In this document: positions 31,531 through 42,544 of the stretch, piece after piece
Layout of the letters: every line of letters begins with the position of its first letter
Position numbering within the stretch: position 1 is the stretch's first letter
Assembly: GCA_963840855.1 (NCBI GenBank)
Contig: CAWJBB010000002.1
Location: 64,001-128,000, forward strand
DNA length: 64,000 nucleotides
Source of the DNA: an uncultured delta proteobacterium
GTDB lineage: Bacteria; Desulfobacterota; Binatia; UBA9968
Direction: 5' to 3'
The notes under the pieces: model-generated
What the model was told of the DNA's origin: nothing
Databases searched by the model: none
What the model saw: only the letters and a program-made list of their open reading frames with translations
Translations under genes and position numbers: made by a program

Positions 31531-31932
31531 TCATCGGATCTGGTCCGTCAGCGAAGAATCTATTAAAGGACAACGGTACTTGTGTTTATGCGTCTCCGCG
31601 TAGTCGTGCGCCCGAAAACATGCTGGAGTGGCACACTGCGACATGTAGCCGTCGCGTCGCAACTTTTGTCTGAAGTTCTCTACGATTTCTTTGTGCCGTA
31701 ATGGCAATTCCTCGAGATCTCCGAAAAGGCTGCACGATTCTATACCTACTTCCGGAAATATTTGTGCTGGAGCATCCGCTAGCCTGGAATACCCGAACGA
31801 CTGATATAAGCTCGCAACCGGAACGTCACATGAACCCAACACATACCTGACACCGTCCTCGCATGCGAGAGCCGCGATGCCGTCAATCAACCCGTAAGCT
31901 AATTTGCTACCCTGTAAGCTGTCGCGACACAC
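31531..31932 (-). pseudogene. Possible C-terminal fragment of a GNAT/N-acyl synthase-like gene
   Basis: ACEDGVRYVLGSC..VASLYQSFGY resembles GNAT motif B; no clear start. Confidence 0.3.
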
Positions 31933-32084
31933 GTTCGACTAAACTCCACCATGCCAGAGTGGTGGCTGCCGCTCGGTTTGAGTTTGCGCGAGCACCCCGG
32001 CGGGGAACAAGTCAAGTGCTTCCGACCGCCGCATCGCCCGAGCCAGCAGAAGCAAAACCCGATTTTCACTAAACGCTCGCGCGA

Positions 32085-32113
32085 TTGACACCTCGCCGGT
32101 TCGGCGATATAGC
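32085..32113 (+). promoter_or_regulatory. Putative sigma70 promoter
   Basis: TTGACA-17-TATAGC upstream of the hydrolase gene. Confidence 0.5.
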
Positions 32114-32248
32114 TCCGGTCAGAAAAAGTTGTTTAAATTTACTATACAGATGTGAATGACGGTGCCAGTAGCAGCCACGCCCGCCACAGGCAACGGGCAG
32201 GCGGATTTTGAATCTTATTTTGCCTTAATTTAATAAGGAGACCATGTC

Positions 32249-33109
32249 ATGGATACCGTGGAAAGAATCAAACCGAAAGACAAGTTCGTTAGCGTCGATG
32301 GATTGCAACTTCGTTATATCGAAGAAGGTTCAGGGCCATCGGTGCTGTTTCTGCACGGTGCGTCGCTCGGGAGCTCGGCGGACGTGTTTCTGCGCAATCT
32401 CGTCCCTTTTGCCAAGGCCGGATTTCGTGCGGTTTCGTTTGACCTTCCAGGTTTTGGCCTCTCCGACAGACCCGCCAAGCAAAGCGTGGCGCAGCAACGC
32501 AATTCCATCCCTAAATTCATCGATGCCGCGGGCCTGGGCAAGACCGCGCTGATCGCGCATTCACGCTCGGGCGGCTTCGCGATTCAGCTAGCATTGGAAG
32601 ACCCCAGCCGGTATTCGCACGTCATGATTCTTGGCACCGGCACGCTGCTGCCGCCGCAGACCGAAGCGCAAGTCGGCAGATACGAAGCGGTACAAGCGCG
32701 CGTCGACGAGGAGATGGCGCAAAAGGAACCGACGCTGGAGGATGCCCGCAAACTCTTGCAGGCGGACACCTTCAACCATGCCTTGATCTCGGATGAAGAC
32801 GTGGCCATGCGCCACAGCCGCATGATCGGCCGCAATTTCATTGCGCACCAGGAACGCCAGAATCCCGACGCCCGCGCGGGCGCTGCCGCGCCGGCCAAGC
32901 CGTTATGGGAGAGGCTCACCGACCTGAAGCTGCCGCTATTGATGATATTTGGTCGCGAAGACCGCGCACACGCGGGTGAACGCGCCGAATTGCTGAAAAA
33001 ATTGCGGCCGCAGATCAATCTCCACATTGTGAATGGCTGCAAGCACATGGTGCATTGGGATGCCTTCGACGACCTGATGCGCCTGGGCGTGCCGTTTTTG
33101 AAGAGCTAG
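32249..33109 (+). CDS. Alpha/beta fold hydrolase
   Basis: LFLHGAS, DLPGFGLSD, AHSRSG nucleophile elbow, FGRED, KHMVHWD. Confidence 0.9.
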   Translation: MDTVERIKPKDKFVSVDGLQLRYIEEGSGPSVLFLHGASLGSSADVFLRNLVPFAKAGFRAVSFDLPGFGLSDRPAKQSVAQQRNSIPKFIDAAGLGKTALIAHSRSGGFAIQLALEDPSRYSHVMILGTGTLLPPQTEAQVGRYEAVQARVDEEMAQKEPTLEDARKLLQADTFNHALISDEDVAMRHSRMIGRNFIAHQERQNPDARAGAAAPAKPLWERLTDLKLPLLMIFGREDRAHAGERAELLKKLRPQINLHIVNGCKHMVHWDAFDDLMRLGVPFLKS

Positions 33110-33784
33110 CGAGTCGCCTGGCAACTACTCCCGCTTGATTCCACCGCGCTTGCTGTCTTGCCGGGGTCAGATTGCTACGACTTGCCTACCTTGCGACGCC
33201 GTTCGATCTCTCCAGTCTGCTGGGAATCCGATTTCCATTGCCGCAATTATCTTCGCTCGTTAGGATCTTCGAAACCCCTCTGAGGTCGAGATTCCCAATT
33301 GGCGAGCGACCTCCGCGACCCCCGCCTGATGCTGTTCAAAGTTCAATGTTCAAAGTCCCGAGTCGGCCCTCCATCACATGGTTTATCCCTTTCCTGCTAG
33401 ACGAGGCGGTGCTGTGATCGAGGAGCACCCTTCCAATAAGGCAAGATCATAGTAGCCTATCGGTTCGCTTGGCCAACTCGGTTGCATTCGGGCCATGATG
33501 GCTGATGCAGCTTCGTCCGCCCCAAGTAGTGAGATCGATTTTGCCACGGTGGTAACGCCCCGACGACTTTGGCCGAGTTCCGCCGCTGTCGCCGCCCGGG
33601 TCAGAATTGAAAACGCTCTAGAATAGGGTCCGTTTGCGCCGCCGCTGCAGATTCTTTTGATAATCGAATCTTTTCCAATACCCGAAACGAGCCGGCGCGA
33701 AAGCGGATGCACGAAAATCGATCGAGCAACGGTCTGATCCTGTGTATTGATCAGATCGACGTCTTACGTCCGTTCAACGAAAGA

Positions 33785-33892
33785 AGTATTAGGTGGAGAT
33801 TTTTTGGGAGTGCCGGACGACCAGATTGCGTCGATTCCTGTCGACATGACCATGGTCGGCGGCACGGTCGTGCATGAGCGAGGAAGCCCTAA
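33785..33892 (+). pseudogene. C-terminal remnant of an amidohydrolase_3 (YtcJ-like) gene
   Basis: Translates VLGGDFLGVPDDQIASIPVDMTMVGGTVVHER. Confidence 0.5.
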
Positions 33893-34602
33893 GCCAACGT
33901 CGGTACGAAATCCAAAATAGCTTGCACGCTCTTCTTGGAGGGAAAAGACTGATTACGGCAAGATGCTAAATGCTGGGCTAGGGTCTTGACTCAGGTGCTT
34001 ACCCTCGCGAGATCCTGAAACCACTTTCGGATCTTCGGTTCAGTCTCGATCTTTTCCCGGATCGCTCTGCCAAACGTGACCCGGTAAAAAATTGGCGCGG
34101 ACAAGAAAGCGCCGCGCCCGAAAAGACCCTAAGCCGCCCATACCCCATCCCTCTGCCCGGGATCAATACGTTGCACATACCCGACCTAGCTTATCGGGCC
34201 GAGAAACGACGCGAAGAGCGGCTTCTTTCATTGTTCTTTTGTAACCCGGTGCAACTTCGGATACGGCCCAGTTCACGAAAAGATACGCATTCGTCAACGG
34301 AGGCTGCGGCTAACACCGATCTGTAAACGATGCTCAGCTCGCCTCAGGTGCTTTCGTCTCTCAATTCCCGCTCAAAGGAATATGCCTAAGATCCGGTTGC
34401 ACAATAACTTATCGCCCAAAGAATACCCTAGAGCCAACAGTTACCCGAAATTGCGATCACTTCCTTCGCTGGCAGGTGGCATTTCAATTGCTACTTCATG
34501 AGAAATCGAGCGATACATTGGGAAAACCATGGCACGGATTGCTTTATTGGGTAGGCCACCCTTCAACAAAACTGAAATCCCGCCGCGACCGGGGAGAGCA
34601 CA

Positions 34603-36258
34603 ATGCGAGATTCGGTAGTAAAGCAGATAAGGATCATGATCAGCAGCACGCGTGCTGACCTGGCTCAGTATCGAGAAGATGCTTCGAGCATCATCAAAAG
34701 GGTTGCCGCAGCAAATGAAAAGCGGGTGCAACTTGTCGAATTGTCCATGGAGAAGGAAACACAGAGCGGCGATCGAGAGTTCGCCGTTGCCGTCAGCAAG
34801 CGCTGGGTGCATGAGGCTGACTGGGTTGTCCTCATCGTCGGCTGGAACTACGGCACGATCTCCGATGAGGTGGGCGCTGGTGGTTTAAGTGTTACTGAGT
34901 GGGAGTACCGGCATGGGTTTGACCTTGGTAAAAAATTGTTCGTATTCATCGCCGGGAGTCCGGGAACCGCGAATAGATACCGCGTCTGTGATGAAGAAAA
35001 AGAAGACCTCAAGGACTGGATTCCCAAGCAAACCAAAGAGCAGGCTGAGAAACTTGAGAAGTTCAAACAGGAGCTTTGCAGACGCCATGTCGAGCTCTTC
35101 TGCAATCTTCACATGTTTCGCGAACGCCTGGAGAAAACGCTTAAGGAGGCGGTTGACGATCTCCCACCTGAGATTCAGCCGGGAACGCCGCTCGCTGAAG
35201 TTGTCGTTGCGGTCATGCCGGACATTCGAAACTGCATTTGGAAGGTGCGGTCGATTGCCGACTGCAAGCGGATTCACGATCGCCTGCACGAACTGCGCCA
35301 GCACGTAATCCGTCCGTTGCGCGAAGAGGTGCTCTCTATATGGAATCAAGAAGGGACGCTGAGTGTGTCGAGGGAGAGACTGATATGGAGTTGCATGAAC
35401 AAGGCGTCGCGCCAACTGGGCGGAATCACCGAGGTGAGGAAGTCAATCGATCCGGAGCATCAGGTACTGCGCGCCAGTGTGGACAAGGTTCTACAACGGC
35501 CGGCACTCTGGAATGTCGAATCGGACTCTCCCAATTGTCGGCCGTCGAGTGAGGAGTTCACCGAAATCCTCGATGCGTTTGCCGATGACGTACAGGAGGC
35601 TTTCAGCGAAGCCGACGGCAGTATGACAAGAGAGGAAAGTGATCTGCGCGAGCGCTATTTGGCATTGCTCGAAGGCCTCAAACACGCACGGCAACAGGGA
35701 AACCTGAGCCTATCCGACCATCAACGACTCGACGAGGAACTCGAAAACGTCGATGTCAACCGGTCGCGCGTGAAGGATTCATTAACCACTCACCATAGGT
35801 GGCAGGAAGCTCACGATAAGTTGCACGATTTGGATTCATTCCGTGATACGAGCCTGTTCGCAAAGAAGCTCAATCAATATCGCGAGACTTGGCTGGCCCG
35901 ACTAATTGATCTGATTGACAAGGAACTCAAGCACACGGACGAACAGCAGGCGGCGAGCGCTGAGACTGACCAAGGAGTTGGTCGAGAGGCTCCACCGCTA
36001 GGCTCGCCGGGCTTCTCTATAGCCGGGGAGTCTGTTCATAATCTGCGATGCCTCAAAGAGAGGCTTGCTTCGCTGCGCCAGGGCGATGGCTTGGTCCCTT
36101 TCGACGAGATGCGCAAGCCCTTCGATGATGCTTTCTACTACGTTGATAAGCGCACGTTAGATGAAGTTACCGGCGCTTTGCGGCGGGTTATCGCCCTTGA
36201 GGAATGGCTCGACGGCCTCGCCACAAGGACACAAAAGGCGCTGACAGCGCAGGGATAA
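34603..36258 (+). CDS. DUF4062 (TIR-like) domain protein with a long helical C-terminal region
   Basis: IMISSTRADLAQYRE, ADWVVLIVGWNYG, SVTEWEY..G...GKKLFVF. Confidence 0.8.
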   Translation: MRDSVVKQIRIMISSTRADLAQYREDASSIIKRVAAANEKRVQLVELSMEKETQSGDREFAVAVSKRWVHEADWVVLIVGWNYGTISDEVGAGGLSVTEWEYRHGFDLGKKLFVFIAGSPGTANRYRVCDEEKEDLKDWIPKQTKEQAEKLEKFKQELCRRHVELFCNLHMFRERLEKTLKEAVDDLPPEIQPGTPLAEVVVAVMPDIRNCIWKVRSIADCKRIHDRLHELRQHVIRPLREEVLSIWNQEGTLSVSRERLIWSCMNKASRQLGGITEVRKSIDPEHQVLRASVDKVLQRPALWNVESDSPNCRPSSEEFTEILDAFADDVQEAFSEADGSMTREESDLRERYLALLEGLKHARQQGNLSLSDHQRLDEELENVDVNRSRVKDSLTTHHRWQEAHDKLHDLDSFRDTSLFAKKLNQYRETWLARLIDLIDKELKHTDEQQAASAETDQGVGREAPPLGSPGFSIAGESVHNLRCLKERLASLRQGDGLVPFDEMRKPFDDAFYYVDKRTLDEVTGALRRVIALEEWLDGLATRTQKALTAQG

Positions 36259-36263
36259 ATGTG

Positions 36264-38966
36264 ATGAACAAAGAAAAACGCAAGAGCCTCGATGAATTCT
36301 CGGACGAGTCCGAGCTATTCGAGAGTCAGTTCGAACAGCTCGCCGCCGGACAAAGCGATGAACTAGCACGGGCCCGATTCATTGCCGAGACTACTGACTG
36401 GCTGCAAGACTGCGCCAAGCAAGGCCGTTTCATTCCTCTGGCATGTGCCGACCGTCGCGCGTTCAGATCGCTCCTTGAACGCTGGAGTTCTCGCCTTCGG
36501 GAGCAAGGCTTTTGCGTCGAGGGCATCGACTCTCTGGCTGAATTCGATCCGAGCGCTGGAATCGTCCTTACCGGAGATTGTCCGTATCCCGGGCTCGATC
36601 CGTACACGCAAAGCTGGCGCGGAAGCTTCTTCGGACGAGAGCCGCTGATTTCAAGCTGTCTTGCCCACATCGAGCAGCAAGGCAATCGAATACTGCTAAT
36701 TATCGGCGCATCGGGTTCCGGGAAATCTTCTTTGGCGTTAGCCGGAATCCTGCCCCGACTCGCGGAGCTTCATGAAGCGGCATGGCTCTTCGCCCCGCGC
36801 CTGACGCCGGGACCACACCCGATGGCGGAATTGGCTTCAGCCATCGCGCAAGCGGTTGGGCAAGCTCACCGGGCGCGCGATATCGAGCGGGACCTCGCCA
36901 CTAAACCCGACGAGGCGTTGGGGCAACTGGCTGCATTGTGCCAGGACCGGTCGCTCATGCTGTTCATCGATCAGTTTGAGGAACTACTGACCATCTGCCG
37001 TGATGCCGGCGAACAGAGCGCCTTTACTCAAGTGCTCTGCGCGCTTTCGGATTCCACCACTTCATCGACTGCCTTCTGTTGCCGAATCCTGCTGACTTTA
37101 CGCACGGACCACCTTGCGCGCTTCGAAACTAACAACGCCTTAAAGCCGTTGCATATGCGGCTAGTTGGCGAGAATAACCAACGTTACCTGTCGGCCATCG
37201 GTTTTGCCGATATCAAACGCGCGATCAAAGAACCGGCCGACGAAGCTGGCCTGCGCTTCATCCCAGCCACAATTATCGATCAACTCGCCAGCCAGACCGC
37301 GGGACTGTCGAATGGACTACCGCTGCTCCAGTTCGCTTTGCGACGCCTCTGGGACACGCGGCCGAGAAACGAATGCGATGAGCCGCTTGATCTGATCACG
37401 GAGGAGATGGTGAAGGGTTTGCCTGACGTGGAGCGGGCCTTGGGCACGGTAGCCGACGGCGTGTTTGCTACGTTCTCTGTCTCACAGCAGCGGATCTGCG
37501 AGCGTCTGCTCTTGGAGTTGTTAGTGCTTGATGACAGCTTCGAAGAGCCGCTCCGCCGCCGCCGCAATGAAACTGAGCTCACACAGGTGCTGCACGCACG
37601 GTTTTCGGCGCCAAGCGATGTAGGCAAGGTGATCGATGAACTTGTCGCGGCGGGGTTGCTGCGCCGCTTCGGTGAGAACCCGAACAGTCAACTCGAAGTC
37701 GCACACGAAGCGCTGCTACGCCATTGGGACCACATCTATGCGCTCGTGGCCGGCGCAGAGATCAAGGAACGCCTGCATCTCATTAAGCAGATCGGTCGAG
37801 AAGCGAGTGACTGGGTGGGACACGACAGGTCGAATGACTATCTCAGCCTGAGGGGCGAACGTCTTGCTCGCGCGATCTCTTATGCAGCGGACGGCTGGCT
37901 GGCCGAAGCCGAGGTGATGGCCTATATAGACGCATGCGTCGGCCAAGACGCGGCGGAGCGGCTCAACGAACAACGGGCTAAGGAAGAAAAAGAACGCGCC
38001 GATGCCGCGGAAAGAGCTCGCGAAATGGCCGAGCTTCGTGCAGAACGCTTCCGCGGGCGTATTTGGCAACTCGCCGGGAGCGCCGTGCTCATCTTGGCCG
38101 CTGTGCTGGCGGTGGGTTGGTATTATGCGGAAAAGCAGTCCGCCGCTCTGGAAGTCGCAATGTTCGAATCACGGGCAGTGACTAATTTGGTTTTGCACGA
38201 GCAGCAAAGGGAAGCCGTTTACGCCCAAGAGGCAGCCAAATACGCGTTGGAGGCACTTGAGCGAAACTCGGCTTCGGATGCGGCATGGTTTTATCTCGGA
38301 ATTGCGGAGGACGCACTCGGAAACAGAGAAAGCGCTGTTAAGGCGTTCGACAAAGTATCGCCCGGCGCCATGTTTTTTGCGTATGCTTTGAACAATTCAG
38401 CAGCGATCTATTTTGAGCACCTTGCGGACAACGACACCGCTCACCAGCGCCTGGTGCTCGCCACGAAGCGGGCGCCTGACGACCTGAGCGTGCTCGCGAA
38501 CTATGCCGAGGTCCTCCTCGCTAACAGGCACAAAGACGATGCTAAGTTGACCGCAGTCCGTGCGCGCACACACGCCGATGCGCAGCGGGAGGGCAATGCG
38601 TACATTCGGGCGGCGATGAGTTTCGTGGTGTTCAGCGCCGAGCTGCTTTCCGGGAATCTCAGTGCCGCGTCGCGGGAGCTGGACGATCTCGAACGTCACG
38701 TCAACTCGGCTGCGGACGAAGCCAAAGCAGTGGCTGTGGCAAAAGGAAAACACGCTCACAAGTGGGCATATCAAGGGATCAGACGCTCAATTGAGGCGAT
38801 GCAGGACCTCTCGACTCGGGACCGCAGCGTTCTGCTGACGGTTCTCACCTTCGTGGAAAGCAACGGGCAAGAGGGCGAGCTCGAAGACATGAGGCGACTG
38901 GTCGGATCCCAATTGCCGAAGGGATCGCCGCTGCTAACGGAAAGTGCGCTTTCTGGTATCCATTAA
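36264..38966 (+). CDS. nSTAND1-type STAND NTPase with a TM helix and TPR-like repeats
   Basis: CPYPGL..FFGRE, GASGSGKSS, LFIDQFEELLT, GLPLLQFALRRLW, EVAHEALLRHW; TM LAGSAVLILAAVLAVGWYY; AWFYLG TPR-like segment. Confidence 0.85.
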   Translation: MNKEKRKSLDEFSDESELFESQFEQLAAGQSDELARARFIAETTDWLQDCAKQGRFIPLACADRRAFRSLLERWSSRLREQGFCVEGIDSLAEFDPSAGIVLTGDCPYPGLDPYTQSWRGSFFGREPLISSCLAHIEQQGNRILLIIGASGSGKSSLALAGILPRLAELHEAAWLFAPRLTPGPHPMAELASAIAQAVGQAHRARDIERDLATKPDEALGQLAALCQDRSLMLFIDQFEELLTICRDAGEQSAFTQVLCALSDSTTSSTAFCCRILLTLRTDHLARFETNNALKPLHMRLVGENNQRYLSAIGFADIKRAIKEPADEAGLRFIPATIIDQLASQTAGLSNGLPLLQFALRRLWDTRPRNECDEPLDLITEEMVKGLPDVERALGTVADGVFATFSVSQQRICERLLLELLVLDDSFEEPLRRRRNETELTQVLHARFSAPSDVGKVIDELVAAGLLRRFGENPNSQLEVAHEALLRHWDHIYALVAGAEIKERLHLIKQIGREASDWVGHDRSNDYLSLRGERLARAISYAADGWLAEAEVMAYIDACVGQDAAERLNEQRAKEEKERADAAERAREMAELRAERFRGRIWQLAGSAVLILAAVLAVGWYYAEKQSAALEVAMFESRAVTNLVLHEQQREAVYAQEAAKYALEALERNSASDAAWFYLGIAEDALGNRESAVKAFDKVSPGAMFFAYALNNSAAIYFEHLADNDTAHQRLVLATKRAPDDLSVLANYAEVLLANRHKDDAKLTAVRARTHADAQREGNAYIRAAMSFVVFSAELLSGNLSAASRELDDLERHVNSAADEAKAVAVAKGKHAHKWAYQGIRRSIEAMQDLSTRDRSVLLTVLTFVESNGQEGELEDMRRLVGSQLPKGSPLLTESALSGIH

Positions 38967-39032
38967 GCATGGGCTGAGCCCCGCGCGACGCCAAAACCTT
39001 AGCGATATTTTCTCCGCTGCCGCTATCCCTTG

Positions 39033-40226
39033 TTATCTACGCCACAGCTCGCCGGTCGCCAATCGGGCGCCCTCCGCCAACGCGGCAAACTTGAGCCAGG
39101 CCACACTGGAATGGGTATCGTTGAACCTCAGGGCGGAGGCGGCAAAGCCGCAGTCGGCTCCCGCGATGACGTTCTCGCGCCCGACGATCTTGGCGAACCG
39201 CACGATCCGTTCGGCGACCAATTCCGGGTGCTCTACCAGGTTGGTGGTGTGGCTGATCACGCCCGGTATGAGGATCTTCCCGTCGGGGAGCTTGACCCGC
39301 TCGAAAACATGGTATTCGTGTTCGTGCCGCGGGTTCGCCGATTCGAACGAATAGGCGCCGGCGTTGATCTTTAGCATGATGTCGACGATGTCCTTCAGGG
39401 CCATTTCGTGGATGCGCGGACCGACATCGATGCTGTAGCAGGTATGGAAGCGGACCTTCTCGGACGGGATGCCGCGGATCGAGTCATTGATGACTTCGAT
39501 CTTCTGCGCCGCCCACTTCCTGCAGTCTGCGATGCTGAGGTCCGGGTTCATCACATAATAGGTGACCAGGCGCGGGTCGTCGATCTGGAGAATAAATCCG
39601 GCGCCGACGATGGCCTTGTACTCTTCGCGCATGGCGTCGGATACGGCCTGCTCGTACTCCTCGTGGGTGCGGTAGTATTCGTTGGAAAAGGTAGATGCGA
39701 CGTAGGAAGAAGCGATCGCAGGCATGAAGACTTCCTCGTGGATCTGGCCCTTCAGTGCCGCCTTGAGGTTGTCGATGTCCGCGTGGACCGCCTCTTGGCC
39801 CCTATAGCTGACCGGCCCGGTGCAGGTATCGACGCCGTGGCCCCGCCCTCCGCCTCGACCGCCAAACGGTTCGGCGATACGCTCGGACCACGCGTAGTAG
39901 TCGGGAAAAGCGAGGTACTCCCTGCCCCCTGCCCGCGGTCGGCCCTCCTTACCTGGAGCGGCCGGCTTGCGCTGGAAGCCGCTGAATCGTTCGACGATGT
40001 AGCCGTAGAAGCTCGATTTGCCCTGCTCGCCGTCGGCGACGATATCGATGCCCGCTTCGACTTGCTTCCGCACGACGTCGGTTACCGCCTCGCGCACCAG
40101 CCTTGCGAGCTCTTCGCGGTTGTAGGGCTCACCGTGTTCCCTCAGTCGAAGGAGCGGGATCAGGGAGTCGGGGCGGGCCAGGCTGCCCACATGGGTCGTG
40201 AGGATTCTTTCCGTGCTGCGCTTCAT
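39033..40226 (-). CDS. Cobalamin-independent methionine synthase II family protein
   Basis: ILTTHVGSLARP, DGEQGK, LQIDDP, FHTCY, NPRHEHE, ADCGF. Confidence 0.9.
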   Translation of the reverse strand: MKRSTERILTTHVGSLARPDSLIPLLRLREHGEPYNREELARLVREAVTDVVRKQVEAGIDIVADGEQGKSSFYGYIVERFSGFQRKPAAPGKEGRPRAGGREYLAFPDYYAWSERIAEPFGGRGGGRGHGVDTCTGPVSYRGQEAVHADIDNLKAALKGQIHEEVFMPAIASSYVASTFSNEYYRTHEEYEQAVSDAMREEYKAIVGAGFILQIDDPRLVTYYVMNPDLSIADCRKWAAQKIEVINDSIRGIPSEKVRFHTCYSIDVGPRIHEMALKDIVDIMLKINAGAYSFESANPRHEHEYHVFERVKLPDGKILIPGVISHTTNLVEHPELVAERIVRFAKIVGRENVIAGADCGFAASALRFNDTHSSVAWLKFAALAEGARLATGELWRR

Positions 40227-40269
40227 CGTATTTTTCTATTGTTGAATTTTCTGCCGTAGCACGTTGAGC

Positions 40270-40449
40270 AAGGACTCATCAAACAGTACGCGCCAGCAGC
40301 CGGATGGGCGTGCGTTGCATGGTTGAGATCATGATCCGCTCGAACGCGGAATAATCTTCAGGCTTATGAAACAGTTCGCTTCGAGCGTTCGCGCGATTGA
40401 GCACGTGATAAACTATTTCGCCTGGTGCGATGCGTGCTCCTCGGGGCAT
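40270..40449 (-). pseudogene. N-terminal fragment of a RAYT/IS200-like (Y1 HUH) transposase
   Basis: MPRGARIAPGEIVYHVLNRANARSELFHKPEDYSAFER...LLAYCLM, truncated before the HUH motif. Confidence 0.7.
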
Positions 40450-40530
40450 CGGCCAACGCTACCTCGATCGACTGGATCGAGTCAAGAAAGCGTATTGAAC
40501 CATCTAAAATGTAACCCAAGGAGGTATCGT

Positions 40531-41893
40531 TGACTCATTTAGAATGTAACCCACAGATGTTGGGGAATATCAGCCACCAGGGAGGGTTACAGCTTCATGA
40601 GTCAGAAATCCAAATGGGATTATCTCAAAGCAATTTATTTCCGCTATCAAAAAGCTTCCAAACCACTGAGAGCTCGCATCCTCGACGAGTTCTGCCAGGT
40701 CTGCGGCTACAACCGCAAATACGCTATCCGGCTGCTCAGCGGTCCAGCCCCACAAAAAACCAAGACCCACCCCAAAAGTCGTCGCCCTACTTACGGCGCC
40801 AAGATGATCTCGTCTCTCTGGCGGCCATTTGGGAGGCGGCTGGCTATCCATGCTCGGCCCGTATCAAGGCCCTTTTACCCTTATGGCTGCCGTGGGCTAT
40901 CAAGCGCTTGGCGCTCTCGGCCGAAACCCAAAAGCAGCTTTTGTCGATCAGTCCCGCTACCATCGACCGCCGCCTCAAGCCCAAAAAGCGCCAACTCAAA
41001 AACAGGCTCTACGGGCGCACCAAACCCGGCACATTGCTCAAACATCATATCCCCATCAAAACCGACTCCTGGAACGTCAAAATCCCAGGCTTTACCGAAA
41101 CCGATCTGGTCTCCCACTCCGGCAACTCCGAAAAGGGCGAGTTCATCCACTCACTCAACGTCACCGACATTCACACCACCTGGGTGGAAACTCGCGCGTA
41201 ATGGGCAAAGGACAAACCGGAGTGCTTGATGCCATGAAGCAAATCGAACAGGCCCTGCCCTTTAAGCTCTTAGGCATCGATTCCGACAACGGCTCGGAGT
41301 TCATTAACTATCACCTCAAAGCCTTCTGTGATCAGAAACAAATCCAGTTCACTCGTGGACGCCCTTATAAAAAGGATGACAACGCCCATATCGAGCAGAA
41401 AAACTGGACCCACGTGCGTAAAATCTTGGGCTACCTGCGCTACGACTCCCCAAAAGCTCTCCACGCCATCAACGATCTGTACCGCCAGGAGTTAAGAATT
41501 CTGCAAAATCTCTTCCTGCCTTCCATGAAGCTTAGCGAGAAAGTTCGGGTCGGCTCCAAGCTCACACGCCGCTATGACAAGCCGCTCACTCCCTTAGAGC
41601 GTCTCTTAGCTTGCCCCCAGGCTGATCCTGCCAAGCTCCTAGGTCTCAAAAGGCTCAGAGAGACTACCGATCCCTTTGCGCTGGCCAAGATCATCGAGCA
41701 AAAACTCGAGCGGATCTACCAACTCGCCAACCACCGTGTTAGCCCAAGCCCTGAAATCCCACAGCCAACCTCTCAACCCTTAACTCGTGCAGAACGGCAA
41801 GCAGTGCTGGAGATCTCTGAACTCTTGGGCATCAACGTGCGTATTGGAAATCAAAAAACTAACCAGCGCAGGGTTACATTCTTTAATGAGTGA
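40531..41893 (+). mobile_element. ISNCY/integrase-core (rve) insertion sequence
   Basis: IRs tgactcatttagaatgtaaccc (40531-40552) and gggttacattctttaatgagtga (41871-41893). Confidence 0.75.
40597..41893 (+). CDS. DDE integrase-core transposase (two frameshifts)
   Basis: ILDEFCQVCGYNRKYAIRLL; ISPATIDRRL; ETDLVSH; IDSDNGSEFIN; RPYKKDDNAHIEQKN. Confidence 0.8.
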
Positions 41894-41929
41894 TAGGATG
41901 CAATGCTAGACCTGACCCTATTTGCGCTT

Positions 41930-42541
41930 GCTATGAACCCAAGCGAAACGTTTTATTCCAATCAACGGCTGGAGCAATTCCTCGCGAGCAATCGCAGCTC
42001 TTCTCCCCGCCAAATTATAGGCGATCTCGTCAACGACGTCAGAACTTTTGCTGCCGGAGCCTCGCAGTCGGACGATATCACAGGCCTTGCACTCCAGTAT
42101 GTGGGCGCGCCAGAAGCGACGGGAGAAATCTTGGAGATCAAGCTCAAGAACAGTCTCTCTGAACTCAGCAGGGTGAGTCAAAGCCTCAATGAATTCGGGG
42201 TACGAAACCATCTGAGCCCCAGGGTGCTCCATGATCTCAACCTGGCCCTGGAAGAGATTCTTACCAACGTCATCTCTTACGGTTACGCAGACGACCGGGA
42301 ACATGAGATTAGGGTGCGCCTCAGCGCGCAATCGGGAGAGGTTAGGATCGAGGTGGAAGACGACGGTCAGCCGTTCAACCCGCTGGAAGCGCCGGAGCCT
42401 GACACAGCAAAATCTGTGGAGGAAGGGACTATAAGTGGACTCGGAATTCATCTCGTGCGCAAAGTCATGGATGGCCTGGAGTACGAAAGGCAGGGGAATA
42501 GAAATCTCCTTATCATGAAAAAGAAGACGGAGAAGGCTTAG
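41930..42541 (+). pseudogene. 5'-truncated SpoIIE/PP2C plus RsbW-like anti-sigma kinase fusion
   Basis: AMN...RLEQFL...QSDDIT (PP2C end), then LALEEILTNVISYG, VEDDGQPFNPL, GLGIHLVR. Confidence 0.75.
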
Positions 42542-42544
42542 CTC

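Noticed and set aside
19628-40528. Shared 14-mer cccaaggaggtatc at 19628 and 40515
   Set aside because: Short and contains a Shine-Dalgarno core; plausibly chance
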